Of a DNA stretch of 64,000 nt, positions 33,537 to 43,406 are shown in pieces. How positions within the stretch are numbered: the first letter of the stretch is position 1; every line of letters starts with the position of its first letter. The notes below the pieces were generated by a model that made no database searches, was not told the origin of the DNA, and saw only the letters and a program-made list of their open reading frames with translations. The translations under genes were made by a program, and so were the position numbers. Location of the stretch: contig CAZUNO010000006.1 of the NCBI GenBank assembly GCA_964621445.1, positions 92,336 through 156,335 of the forward strand, written 5' to 3'. This DNA is from Candidatus Hadarchaeota archaeon (GTDB lineage: Archaea > CAYQAE01 > CAYVLA01).

Positions 33537-34022
33537 ATGAAGGAGGAGAATGAAGGAGAGAGAATTGCTTCCTTTCCCTGTAAGGCGAGTAACACCGGGG
33601 ATGCGGTGAGCAAGGTTTTTCCCAGCCTTTTGGCCCTTCTGGGGGTAATTGGTTCTCAAATTGCAGGTAACCCCAATCTTCTTCTACTGCTGGTTCTGGG
33701 CGCGGCCTCCGTCTCCGTCTTAATACCCTTGCTCTTGATGAGGAGAGGAAGGGATGCACGCTGCATAATCAAGGAGAAGGGGATCAGGATAGAGCCCGTA
33801 AATGCTGGTAATGAAAAGGCATTCTTCGTAAAGTGGGATGAGATTTCCAGATTCGAATCGAGCAATGAATCGCATGGAGGGGGCGTCCTGACCTTTTATC
33901 CGGACAAGTTTCCGGGCTTTCTGAGAAAGATAAGGATAAGGATTGAGGATATGTCGGACTATCTCCAGCTCTACAACTATGCATCCTCAAGGGTCGGCAT
34001 GTTCGGTTCAACTAGTCGTTGA
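33537..34022 (+). CDS. Hypothetical membrane protein (2 TM plus PH-like domain)
   Basis: Two hydrophobic helices followed by a beta-rich segment (IKEKGIRI...VKWDEI). Confidence 0.6.
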   Translation: MKEENEGERIASFPCKASNTGDAVSKVFPSLLALLGVIGSQIAGNPNLLLLLVLGAASVSVLIPLLLMRRGRDARCIIKEKGIRIEPVNAGNEKAFFVKWDEISRFESSNESHGGGVLTFYPDKFPGFLRKIRIRIEDMSDYLQLYNYASSRVGMFGSTSR

Positions 34023-34566
34023 GTCGATGAACAAGGCATCGGGCAGCTCTTTTTGCCTTGTCCAGCTCGGATGGTCGGCGGTCAAGGTCTCCCTTATCCC
34101 GGGCATAGATTCTCTCCTTACCCACCATCCGGGCGCCATAGTAGTCGATCCAGCTGGACATCACGTTCTCGTGAGGATCAAACCCCGAGGCGGTTGCTAT
34201 GCTCAATAGACTGTACTTGAGGTCCCGGAGCAAAGTGCCTCCCTTGGAGGAGTAGTACCCGTGGCTTCGATCGATAAAGTCCTTCATCTTTCCCGGTGGC
34301 CCGTTCCAATAAACGGGTGCTCCCATGATACATCCGTCCGCCTCCGCCAGCTGGGAGAGCAAATCCTCAAGGTCATCATCCTGGATTACACAGTGGCCCA
34401 GGTCCATGCACTTTCTGCAGCCCTGGCAGCTTTCGATTCTATGGTCGTATATGCGTATAAATCGAGTATTCACTCCCCTTTCCCGCACATCCGCCAGGGC
34501 TTCCGAGACCGCTTTATCGGTGTTCCCGCCTTTTCTTGGGCTTCCCGAGATTCCTATTATCATCAT
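34012..34566 (-). CDS. Iron-sulfur flavoprotein / flavodoxin-family protein
   Basis: ISGSPRKGGNT, CQGCRKC....C, GAPVYW, MKDFIDR. Confidence 0.9.
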   Translation of the reverse strand: MMIIGISGSPRKGGNTDKAVSEALADVRERGVNTRFIRIYDHRIESCQGCRKCMDLGHCVIQDDDLEDLLSQLAEADGCIMGAPVYWNGPPGKMKDFIDRSHGYYSSKGGTLLRDLKYSLLSIATASGFDPHENVMSSWIDYYGARMVGKERIYARDKGDLDRRPSELDKAKRAARCLVHRLND

Positions 34567-34568
34567 AT

Positions 34569-35417
34569 TCAAACACCAGCCTGATCCATTACCCTTTCCA
34601 GCATATTCTTGGCCCGGATGCAAACGTCTTCAATCTTTTGGTCCCATAAATCTTGATTGAAGAGCTCTACCGATAGGAAATCCGTGTAACCAATGGAATG
34701 CAGTGTGGAAATATATCCGGATAGGTCCATTCTTCCCTCACCGGGTAATACCCTTTCCGAGTCGGTAAGATTCTCCAAAGGAAGGTCAGGTACATCGTTT
34801 ACATGGATAAGAGAAATATATCCGACCGGGATTTCGCGGAGTTCATTCGATGGGCACCCGGCAGTGAAATAATGAAAGAGGTCTATGGTGATTTCCAGGT
34901 TTCTAGCTCCTACTTCCTCGATAAGGCGTAGAACTCGAGAAGGTGTATTGAGGAATGGGGCTTTCCCGATGGGCTCCAGGCTGATTGTGAGGTTATAATC
35001 AAGCGCGGTATCCGCAGTCTCACCTATTCTTTCGACTGCCAGTTCAATTGCCTCTTCCTCGGGCATGTCTTCTACCGGTGGGAGGAAAAGAAGTGCATTG
35101 CTTGCATCGATATCACCTGCTATGGCCATCTTGTCCTTTATCTCGGGAAGGAGTTTGCCGTAGGTTTCATTGTCAGCGAAGGCGAATCCCCCCAGAATGA
35201 ATCCCACCACTTCAAGGGAAAGCCTGGAGAGAAGAGACCTCAGATCACCTATGGACCTCTGGCCAGCGAATTCCTGGGCTTCCTCTATTGAGAATAACTC
35301 GACTCCCTGAAACCCAGCTCGGGAAATGGCTGATAGTACTCGCGGGAAATCATTGTCCCGACCCAGGGTTATGGTGTTAAGGCAGGTCTTCAATGCAATC
35401 CGACCTCCAAACTCCAT
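34569..35417 (-). CDS. Sugar-phosphate isomerase/epimerase (xylose-isomerase-like TIM barrel)
   Basis: GFQGVE, SLEP, IDLFH, IHVND, RVLPGEG, SVELF metal ligands. Confidence 0.88.
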   Translation of the reverse strand: MEFGGRIALKTCLNTITLGRDNDFPRVLSAISRAGFQGVELFSIEEAQEFAGQRSIGDLRSLLSRLSLEVVGFILGGFAFADNETYGKLLPEIKDKMAIAGDIDASNALLFLPPVEDMPEEEAIELAVERIGETADTALDYNLTISLEPIGKAPFLNTPSRVLRLIEEVGARNLEITIDLFHYFTAGCPSNELREIPVGYISLIHVNDVPDLPLENLTDSERVLPGEGRMDLSGYISTLHSIGYTDFLSVELFNQDLWDQKIEDVCIRAKNMLERVMDQAGV

Positions 35418-35552
35418 GAATAAAATTATTGTGATGTAAAGTAAATTTTCCAGTTTCTATGTACGCCGGTTTTCATCATTTACCCCAGTATTTGGATCCC
35501 ACTCGAGGACAGTTTTTTCTACAACCTTTTCATAAAGCTTTGAGGGGTTTGA

Positions 35553-35882
35553 ATGCGAAAGTCGAGCATCTATAAACTATCGGAAGGAACTGAGAATATA
35601 TTGGACGGTATACTTCCCGTCGGAAAGTTCAAGGAGGGAGGACTTCATTTCTTCAAACCTAATGAGGTTTCCCATGCTGACGAGGTCAGACACGTTCACG
35701 AGGGCCATTACGAGGTCTTCATAAACGTTCAAGGAAAGGGTGTCGTTGAGGTCGAGGGTGAAAACCATTCCTTCGAGCTGGGAGATGTCATTCTAATCGA
35801 GCCAGGGGAGTCCCACCACGTTAAGACCGATCCCCAAAACCCGCTGGTCAATCTATGGATGGGTGCTGAGATCAAACAGTAG
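35553..35882 (+). CDS. Cupin-domain protein
   Basis: HVHEGHYEVF and GDVILIEPGESHH cupin motifs. Confidence 0.88.
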   Translation: MRKSSIYKLSEGTENILDGILPVGKFKEGGLHFFKPNEVSHADEVRHVHEGHYEVFINVQGKGVVEVEGENHSFELGDVILIEPGESHHVKTDPQNPLVNLWMGAEIKQ

Positions 35883-36540
35883 CGGTAAGTTCATAGAGAA
35901 TATACCGGTCCTTATGGCCTACCTTCTCAGAGAGGCCTGTGTTATGGAGGGTATAGGCAACTTTTCCGGAAAGCCTTTTACCTATCTTTCCAACCCGGCG
36001 TATGTCCTTGGTGGTGAATGGTGATGGGAGATCGTAAGGAAGTAACTTTAACATGTCCCCGGGAGTTGATATCGTGTTTCTACCCACCACGCCCGCAAGT
36101 CTGGTTTTCCTGACCCTGTTTCTCCTCGATTTCTGGCGGGTTCTCCTTTCCCGTAGCTCGAGGGTTTCAACGAAGAATTCCCTCTCCTTCAGGAGTTCAG
36201 GGATGTAGACCAGTTCCCCAAATGGCTTAAGGGGTGAAGGGTACTTCCTTCGCTTCCTGGTTTTGGAGTCGGTCTTGATCTCCAGTACTTTCTGTATTGG
36301 ATAGACTACACAAACCGAGTAGCCGGAATCAAGCAGGGACCTGGCCTTGTCGCGTATCTTGTAGAAGTCCTTGGTTTGGATTTCGTAAGCTGTATCATCT
36401 ACAAGAACATCAATTCGATAACCATCTATTTCTTGTTCAAGTAAGCCATCGTGGCAGTATGCGTAATACGATTTGAGGTCTCTATGAAGTTTTGACTCCC
36501 TTATCCCGGTAAGGTCTGAGGTATATCGTGTTTTCGTCAC
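35872..36540 (-). CDS. PD-(D/E)XK-like nuclease-fold protein
   Basis: ESKLHRDLK, YRIDV, YEIQT motif set; basic C-terminal HTH-like segment. Confidence 0.65.
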   Translation of the reverse strand: MTKTRYTSDLTGIRESKLHRDLKSYYAYCHDGLLEQEIDGYRIDVLVDDTAYEIQTKDFYKIRDKARSLLDSGYSVCVVYPIQKVLEIKTDSKTRKRRKYPSPLKPFGELVYIPELLKEREFFVETLELRERRTRQKSRRNRVRKTRLAGVVGRNTISTPGDMLKLLPYDLPSPFTTKDIRRVGKIGKRLSGKVAYTLHNTGLSEKVGHKDRYILYELTATV

Positions 36541-36809
36541 CTTCGGTTACCTCGTTAAGAGTTCTAAACGTTATTGGATTTGATTTTGCGTTGTCCATTC
36601 TAATCTTTTTTCCAAGAATATGATTATTCCCAGGGAATAGCCACCGGTAACATGGCCCGACGCCGTTCACGATATGAATGGGAAGAAGTGCCATGGTTGA
36701 TCTATACAACGCCCAGTTAACCATTCACACTTCATCCAACTACGGGCTGACCAGAAAAGAGTTAAGAAAGCTAGTGTGATGGGTTAAACAGGGGCCTAAG
36801 GAGGCAACC

Positions 36810-37355
36810 ATGTCATCAGACTTCAATTACATAGTTAGAATGTTCGGTACCGATATTGACGGTGACCGACCAGTATCCCTTGGTTTGACTAGCATTAAGG
36901 GTATAGGTCTAAATATGGCGACTTCTATAGTCAAGGCCACGGGCATCCCTTTCGACAAGAAGATGGGGGATCTGTCCGAGGGAGAGGTCGACCAGCTGGA
37001 GAAGGCGACCGAGGATCCATTATCTGTGGGGGTACCAAAATGGAAGCTTAATAGACGGAAGGATTTTGAAACTGGCGAGGACCTCCATCTCAATACATCA
37101 AATCTCTTAATGACACACAGAGAGGACATCTCTCGTTTGAAAAGGATCAGATGCTACAGGGGAATAAGACATCAGCTAGGCTTGAAGGTTAGGGGACAAA
37201 GAACCAGATCCACCGGTCGTAAAGGTGGAGTCGTCGGCGTGGAGAAGAAGGAAGGCGGCGGCCTGGTGAGGGAAGGAAGAGGAAGAGAGAGAAGGGCGAG
37301 AAAGCCCGCAAAACCCGAGGAATCCGAGGAAGAGTCGGAGGAAAGCACGGAGTAG
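36810..37355 (+). CDS. rps13: Ribosomal protein S13 (uS13)
   Basis: LTSIKGIG, NRRKD..TG, YRGIRH.LGLKVRGQRTRSTGR; SD AAGGAGG. Confidence 0.98.
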   Translation: MSSDFNYIVRMFGTDIDGDRPVSLGLTSIKGIGLNMATSIVKATGIPFDKKMGDLSEGEVDQLEKATEDPLSVGVPKWKLNRRKDFETGEDLHLNTSNLLMTHREDISRLKRIRCYRGIRHQLGLKVRGQRTRSTGRKGGVVGVEKKEGGGLVREGRGRERRARKPAKPEESEEESEESTE

Positions 37356-37361
37356 ATTTCA

Positions 37362-37895
37362 TTGGGCGGACCCAGAAAGATGCACAAGAAGTTCGAGAGT
37401 CCCAAGCACCCTTGGGACGAGGTCAGGATAGGAAGGGAGAGCCGGATTCGGAAGAATTTTGGACTTAAATCCAAGAAGGAGATATGGAAGGCCGAAACCA
37501 TGCTGAGAGGCTTCAGACGTGAGGCCAGAAGACTTGAGGCCAAGCGTGGAGAGGCCACCGAAAGGGAGATATCCGAGCTCATTCAGAAACTCATTTCTTT
37601 GAAACTTGTGAAGAAGGGGGCCGACCTGGATGCTGTTCTCACTCTGGAGCTTGATGACATCCTGGGGAGAAGACTGCAGTCCGTGGTTTACCAGAAGGGT
37701 CTTGCCAGGACCGCGAATGAAGCCAGGCAGTTCATTAAGCATGGTCATATCACCGTCGGAGGAAGGAGAATCACCGTACCCAGCTATATGGTTCGAGAGG
37801 AAGAGGAAGACCTTATTGGGCATGCCGAGAATTCTACAATTGCGGAGCTTTTCGAGGCGGGACCCACCGAGGAGGAAGCCGAAGGGGAGGCATAA
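37362..37895 (+). CDS. rps4: Ribosomal protein S4 (uS4)
   Basis: PKHPW, GLKSKKEIW, RRLQS...ARQFIKHGHI; TTG start. Confidence 0.97.
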   Translation: MGGPRKMHKKFESPKHPWDEVRIGRESRIRKNFGLKSKKEIWKAETMLRGFRREARRLEAKRGEATEREISELIQKLISLKLVKKGADLDAVLTLELDDILGRRLQSVVYQKGLARTANEARQFIKHGHITVGGRRITVPSYMVREEEEDLIGHAENSTIAELFEAGPTEEEAEGEA

Positions 37896-37900
37896 TGTAA

Positions 37901-38293
37901 ATGGCAGGAAAGGAAAAGGAAGGAGTAGCTCACATATATTCGAGTTTTAACAACACCATAATTCACATCACCGATTTAAGCGGCGCTGAGACGGTAACTC
38001 TATGGTCCGGAGGAAGGGTTGTTAGACAGGACCGCATGGAGTCAAGTCCGTATGCTGCCATGAAGGCTGCGAGGTCAGCCGCTGAAGAGGCCATGGAGAA
38101 GGGGATAAAGAGAGTCCACATAAAGGTCCGAGCTCCAGGAGGTTCCAAGGCAAAGACCCCTGGACCCGGCGCCCAGGCCGCAATCAGAGCACTAGCAAGG
38201 GCAGGCCTAAAGCCTGGTAGGATAGAGGATGTAACCCCCATGCCACACGATGGTACCAAGGGGAAGGGCGGCAAGAGAGGCCGCCGGGTCTGA
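37901..38293 (+). CDS. rps11: Ribosomal protein S11 (uS11)
   Basis: [42 protein letters not shown]. Confidence 0.98.
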   Translation: MAGKEKEGVAHIYSSFNNTIIHITDLSGAETVTLWSGGRVVRQDRMESSPYAAMKAARSAAEEAMEKGIKRVHIKVRAPGGSKAKTPGPGAQAAIRALARAGLKPGRIEDVTPMPHDGTKGKGGKRGRRV

Positions 38294-38300
38294 TTCCCGG

Positions 38301-39074
38301 GTGATCAAGCTGAAACTCCGTATCTTAAAGAGCAGCGAGATGGAGATCGAGGTCATGGTAGAGGATATAAAGCCCGCCCTGGCGAACTCCTTGAGGAGGG
38401 CCATGATGACCGAGGTACCCACCATGTGTATAGAAGACGTGGAGATATACCAAAACTCGTCCTCGATCTACGATGAGATATTGGCCCATAGGCTGGGGCT
38501 GGTTCCCCTCAAGACCGACCTCGATGATTACGTGCTCCCTGAGAACTGCACCTGTGATGGAGAGGGATGTCCATCCTGTTCGCTGATATTCATCCTGGAC
38601 AGGGAAGGTCCGGGAACCGTTTATAGCGGGGACCTGCAGTCCGAGGACCCCAGAATCTTTCCGGTTAGTGATGAGATACCTCTTGTTAAGCTGGCGGAAG
38701 GGGAAAGGGTTCGTATGGAATGCGTCGCTAAACTTGGCCGTGGTATAGATCACGCTAAATGGCAGCCCGGTGTCATCTCCTACAAGAACATCCATAGAGT
38801 GGAGATTCCCGAGGACTGTCCGAGCGAGGTAGTGGAGAAGTGCACCAGAGGCGTGTTCGGGCTTGAGGACTATGAGGTAGTGGTCAAGGACACGACGCGC
38901 TGTAATATGTGCGGTGTATGTCAGAAGATCTGCCCGGATATCAAGATAACCACCGATGAGTCAAGTTTTGTTTTTAAGATTGAGTCAAATGGAGCACTGT
39001 CTGCGGAAAGGATATTCCTTGAAGGCGTTGATGCTCTGCGTAGGAAAGCCGAGGAATTCGCCGACAAGCTTTGA
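38301..39074 (+). CDS. rpoD: RNA polymerase subunit D with Fe-S domain
   Basis: ANSLRR, DEILAHRLGLVP, HAKWQP, CNMCGVCQKICP; GTG start at 38301. Confidence 0.97.
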   Translation: MIKLKLRILKSSEMEIEVMVEDIKPALANSLRRAMMTEVPTMCIEDVEIYQNSSSIYDEILAHRLGLVPLKTDLDDYVLPENCTCDGEGCPSCSLIFILDREGPGTVYSGDLQSEDPRIFPVSDEIPLVKLAEGERVRMECVAKLGRGIDHAKWQPGVISYKNIHRVEIPEDCPSEVVEKCTRGVFGLEDYEVVVKDTTRCNMCGVCQKICPDIKITTDESSFVFKIESNGALSAERIFLEGVDALRRKAEEFADKL

Positions 39075-39078
39075 ATAG

Positions 39079-39163
39079 GCGGGGGTGGCCGAGTTTGGTC
39101 AAAGGCGCAGGCTTGAGGAGCCTGTGACGTAGGTCTGCGCGGGTTCGAAACCCGTCCCCCGCA
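39079..39163 (+). tRNA. tRNA-Leu(GAG)
   Basis: GCGGGGG acceptor, CAGGC-TT-GAG-GA-GCCTG, long variable arm, GGTTCGAAA. Confidence 0.96.
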
Positions 39164-39201
39164 CCTATTTGCCCGTCAAGCATGGTATTGAAACTGAAAT
39201 A

Positions 39202-39333
39202 TTAGTTATATCTCTTGAGATCCAAGTTTTCCGGGTTCGATCTCTTAAGGAAGGGGAGCTTCCCTTGTTCATAAAATCTCTTCATTGGGCACACCGGGTA
39301 CCATTTGCAGACCTCTTTTGAGTCAGAGGCCAT
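39202..39333 (-). pseudogene. Probably truncated small Cys-rich protein (MASDSKEVCKWYPVCPMKRFYEQGKL...)
   Basis: Hand-translated 43-aa ORF; the CKWYxxCPMKRFYExGKL start resembles a small-protein family I recall as longer, with further Cys absent here. Confidence 0.5.
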
Positions 39334-39342
39334 GGGCATTAC

Positions 39343-40035
39343 TCATCCTTGGGAATAATTGAAGCCAGCTCGAACAATTATTTTGCCGGTGTCAAGAATG
39401 GGAATTCCCAGAACCTCTTCGTTCAAAACGAGTCCGAGTTCCGTGCTACCCAGTATGAGTGCTTCAATTTAATTTGCCCGAACCATCTTTTTACATATTT
39501 CAACCAGTTTTCTTTTGGTACTCTCCACGATTTTTCCGTCGGCAAGCTGACCCATGGTTTTTTGGTGGATGTAATCTCTGTCCTCATACTCCGGGACCGC
39601 GACGGAAATGTCGTGTTCTTTGAATTCCTTCGTAAAGAACTCCCCTTCCATGGTAAACTTGGTGCCGAACAGGCCCACGCCAGCAAAGCCCCGTCTTTCC
39701 GCTTCCTTTGCCACTTCATGCAGTATGCTCAACAGAGGGATTGGAGGTTTCTGGGCCAGTTCATCAAAAAAAATGTGGGGAGTATTGGAAGATATGATCG
39801 CGAAGTCGGCTCCGGCTCTTGAAAGACAGCCGATTCCATGAGACAGGATTGATATCGCCCCGGGATAATCCTTAGATTTCAGTGGCTTTCGAAATGTCTC
39901 CATGTTCAAACTGTAGATGATAATAGTAGGATATTGCCGGCCGGGTAGATTCTGTTGAGCAAGCATCGCTAGCTGACGATAGAATTGTAGAGTCGACTCC
40001 GGTGCCATGCCTCGAAGTATTCCTATCTTTTTCAT
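39343..40035 (-). pseudogene. Asp/Glu-racemase family gene with premature TAA at 39469..39471
   Basis: MKKIGILRGMAPEST, SNTPH; reading continues in frame past TAA as IEALILGSTELGLVL...PILDT; GCTE motif appears as GSTE. Confidence 0.85.
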
Positions 40036-40515
40036 GGTGACCTTCTCGTAAGGGGATTTGGGCACCGAAAAGAATAACGTTTCTCTCAATTTCTAGACTC
40101 CGGCGGTCTTAGTCTGAAAGGTGACGAGTTCTTCATCATCCCCCTGGGTCGATTCACCGCTGTGGTCAGACCTAGCAGGGAAGGGTGGTGCAAGAGGCCT
40201 TCCCGTATCTGAGAGACTCTGATAACGATGTATAAATGGTAAAAGTGCCGGTTTGCCGGAAGGCAGCCTGTGAGATGGAATTTTGAGTTGTAGCTATATT
40301 AATTGATGCCAGCTTGGCCGGATTTTAAGGCAAAATTGGTTTTGACTTTTGTTATTTGATATTTATCTTTCAAAATGTTTTTCAAAGAAAAAATATTGGA
40401 TAATATTTACTTTAAGTTAATAAATTGGTTAAGCCTGCTATATGAGGGGTGTTTCAAGAACTTCAATTTTCCGGAATCAGTTCCAACTCTGACAAGTATC
40501 TCTTAAAACCGAATC

Positions 40516-40813
40516 TGGCGCGTAATATTTATGACAGGTCGCCCAGCTCTTGGGCGCAGGTGGTGTTTATCGGGTGGAAGAGACTGTGGATTTTTTTTGA
40601 AACCCTAACGAAGACGTGGCACGACTGCCAAGAACTTATGGATGTAGTACGGCAACGAGCGGGCCGCCGTACGAGGATGTAACTTCCACCGAGATTGGTA
40701 AATGCCCCCTATGCGGCGGTGAGAATCTGAAGACCTGGAACACGAAGTAGATGCCCTGTCCCAAATGCGGTGCCAAGATGGAGCGAGGTGAGTTTTTGCT
40801 TAATTGGGATTGA
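40516..40813 (+). pseudogene. Decayed multi-CxxC zinc-ribbon protein
   Basis: Fragments SGGRDCGFF, HDCQELMDV, KCPLCGGENLKTW*MPCPKCGAKMERGEFLLNWD across frames and stops. Confidence 0.65.
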
Positions 40814-40928
40814 CCGCGGATACAATGGTTCCTTTGGAAAATCCAATCGGCTTGAATTTTAAATGCCTTGGCATTGGAAACGAATTTCTCCAACAAATGG
40901 TGTCAGAACGAGGGTTCTAAAGGTAAAA

Positions 40929-43211
40929 TCAATCGTCAAAAATCATGAAGGGGCCATCAGTTTTGGGTGACTGAATAGGCGGGCTAGATTTCCTATTTCT
41001 GGGTATATTGCGTTTCAAGTATGGCAGTATCGGCAGTAGGATGAGGCTGAGGATGATGGGGAGTATTGCCTCTTTTACCTGTATATCTATTTGATCAACG
41101 ATGAAATCCGGCCACTCCTCTATGTCGGCTTGGAGGTCAAAGTCTTGCGGCTCTCCGAGGCCTCCGTTGGAGGATATGTTGACCATGGTTCGGTTGCTGA
41201 GGGTTATTTCCTGTCCCGATCTCGTCTTTATATCCGGGGAGCCCTGGAGGTTGTAAACCTCCACGTCTTCCCCGGTGGAATCGATTCTAACAATGGATCG
41301 GACCCGGACTTTGACCAGGGCTTCGAGTTTGGACCAGTCCATCTTATTCACGGTTGCCTTATAGATATCGATGGATAACTTGGCTACCTTGGCCGGGATG
41401 CCCACGAGGGGAATTTTCTCCAAGACCTGTATGAATGCGTCCACTCCCTTCATGACACCGAAGCCGAAGAGCCCGGATAACTTGTCCTCAATCGGATAAT
41501 GGAAACCTGAGTCGTAGGCGGTCGGCAGGAGAACAATCTTCGCGTGCGGAATGGGGGGTTCGCAGTCCGACATCTTGCGGCTTATAGGTAGCTGGATGGT
41601 CGCCTTATTACCGTTGATCCACGCGATCTCGATTTTAACCCCTCCATCTATATCTATGATGTCCCCCGGCATCAACAGGAAGCCCTCCTCAACGGGCTTG
41701 TAATCAAAGGTGGGGTGGGCAAGACCCCTCTTAACCCTTACCCGTCCCGGTCCCCAGGGAGCCAATGGCGGATATTCCTCCAAGAAGACATCCTTATACT
41801 TCTGGGACCGTCCTTCACCCGTTATGCTCACGATCTGTGCGATTCCGCCGAACTCCACCTCGACCGAGGCCTCGAGATCGATCTCGTTGTTCTCGGGATC
41901 GACGGTCACAGCCTTAATGGTTCCGCCTATCTTGGCCTCCTCCCCGTGGATGTATGTCTGCTGGATCAGTATCTTTGAGAACTCTACGGGATCGATGAGG
42001 TTCTGCAGGATGTAGTTCACTTCCGCGCCTCCCGAATCATTGGTCCAGGCAGCATCCAGGTATGTCTTCTCATCAATCCCGAAGATCTCGAAGACGGGAA
42101 CATCCACCATGATCGGTGCCGGCTTGAGTACTCCCCTCAGATTCTTCCCGGGTTCCGACTGTCCGGCGTTTTCCTCCTTCACAGCGAAGAAGTACACCCT
42201 CTTTCCCTTCACCGGTTGGCCACTTGGCTCCTTCAATAACGAAACCAATCCGCCGGCAGGCTCGATATCGGTCCCGGTTCCGGCTTTAAAGTACTCAAAA
42301 GGATGAAAATGCTCTAGAGTTAGGAGAACCTTCTCTCCCCAGATCTCAAACTCATGATGATCGGATTCCGCGAGTGGCGAGTGGTTTGGAAGATACGCCT
42401 TGACGTAGACCCTCATCCTTAGAATCCCGGTGTCCTCCGGGGCGTAGTTTTCGCCGAGTTCTCGCAGATAGCTCAGATTCAGGGGCTTTCCCTCTTCGTT
42501 CAGCTGGAGGGCCTCGCAAGTGACCGGCTTCAAGATCCCAAACAAGTCTTGACCCGGGATTGATAGCCACCCACCAAACATATCCTGAGCCCACTCGGCA
42601 TCGGTGTGGTATTCGAAGAACCATCCTACTTCCTCAACCTCGCCCAGCTCCCCTTCACCGAACTGTAGAGCAAAGGTGGCCTTTTTCTTGTCCCGCGTGA
42701 TTTTTTGTGGACCACTGACGGTCAGTGTGAGGCCACGTGTTGCGATAAAATCGAAACTCGCGTCAAAGCGAGGCGATTTTCCAATAGTCTCGTCTCCTGC
42801 GAAGGCCTCGACGATGATGCTGAACTGTAGCACGAGAATATCTTCCCCCTCTTTCCCGTAGCCCAGGGTTCCATGCTCACGGCACAGTCGTTCCATTTCG
42901 CTTATCGTCACGCCTGTTCCTTCCCTCGTCACTACTAGGTCCGATACGGTGGAAAGGGTGACGGGTTCCATATAGTCGTATGGGTCCGTGTTCCTCTCGT
43001 AGAACTTGTAGTAGGAGAAGTTCCAAACAACCTTGGTTACCTCATCTGTGTCGTATCCCTCTGCAGCCAGCTGGAAGGTAACAGAGTCGGCATCGCTATA
43101 GATCTCTTCAGGGGCGGTGACGTGAAGTTCGACCCCGTGGCAGACGGTTGCTCCCAGGTTTATGGTGGTTGCAAGCAGCAGCAGGATGAAGACCTGGTTT
43201 ACGTTTCTCAA
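40929..43211 (-). CDS. Large secreted surface protein with C-terminal membrane anchor
   Basis: TTG 43211 after GGGGGTTGG; signal peptide (VFILLLLATTINLGATVCHG); beta-rich body; VKEAILPIILSLILLPILPYLKR anchor. Confidence 0.75.
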   Translation of the reverse strand: MRNVNQVFILLLLATTINLGATVCHGVELHVTAPEEIYSDADSVTFQLAAEGYDTDEVTKVVWNFSYYKFYERNTDPYDYMEPVTLSTVSDLVVTREGTGVTISEMERLCREHGTLGYGKEGEDILVLQFSIIVEAFAGDETIGKSPRFDASFDFIATRGLTLTVSGPQKITRDKKKATFALQFGEGELGEVEEVGWFFEYHTDAEWAQDMFGGWLSIPGQDLFGILKPVTCEALQLNEEGKPLNLSYLRELGENYAPEDTGILRMRVYVKAYLPNHSPLAESDHHEFEIWGEKVLLTLEHFHPFEYFKAGTGTDIEPAGGLVSLLKEPSGQPVKGKRVYFFAVKEENAGQSEPGKNLRGVLKPAPIMVDVPVFEIFGIDEKTYLDAAWTNDSGGAEVNYILQNLIDPVEFSKILIQQTYIHGEEAKIGGTIKAVTVDPENNEIDLEASVEVEFGGIAQIVSITGEGRSQKYKDVFLEEYPPLAPWGPGRVRVKRGLAHPTFDYKPVEEGFLLMPGDIIDIDGGVKIEIAWINGNKATIQLPISRKMSDCEPPIPHAKIVLLPTAYDSGFHYPIEDKLSGLFGFGVMKGVDAFIQVLEKIPLVGIPAKVAKLSIDIYKATVNKMDWSKLEALVKVRVRSIVRIDSTGEDVEVYNLQGSPDIKTRSGQEITLSNRTMVNISSNGGLGEPQDFDLQADIEEWPDFIVDQIDIQVKEAILPIILSLILLPILPYLKRNIPRNRKSSPPIQSPKTDGPFMIFDD

Positions 43212-43406
43212 GATCAACCAACCCCCGGTGAGGAATTTTGAAGGAGCCTTTGTTGCATTAGAGGTATATAAACATTTAGGATGCCTCAAAGTCAGAAGGA
43301 AACGCATAGACATCTTTTTTCCCACCAGCGAGAATCCTCCAGTTCACAATGGGAATGTCTTCAGCTATCTATCCCTAGATAGTCTGTATAATGAAAATCT
43401 TTGAAT

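Noticed and set aside
39231-39244. CCGGGTTCGATCTC as an att-site copy of the tRNA-Leu T arm
   Set aside because: Only 9 nt match (CGGGTTCGA) and the acceptor-side sequence is absent
40247-40270. GCC-GGAA-GGC-AGC resembling SRP RNA helix 8
   Set aside because: The 5' CAGG side of the symmetric loop is missing and no surrounding SRP helices are evident
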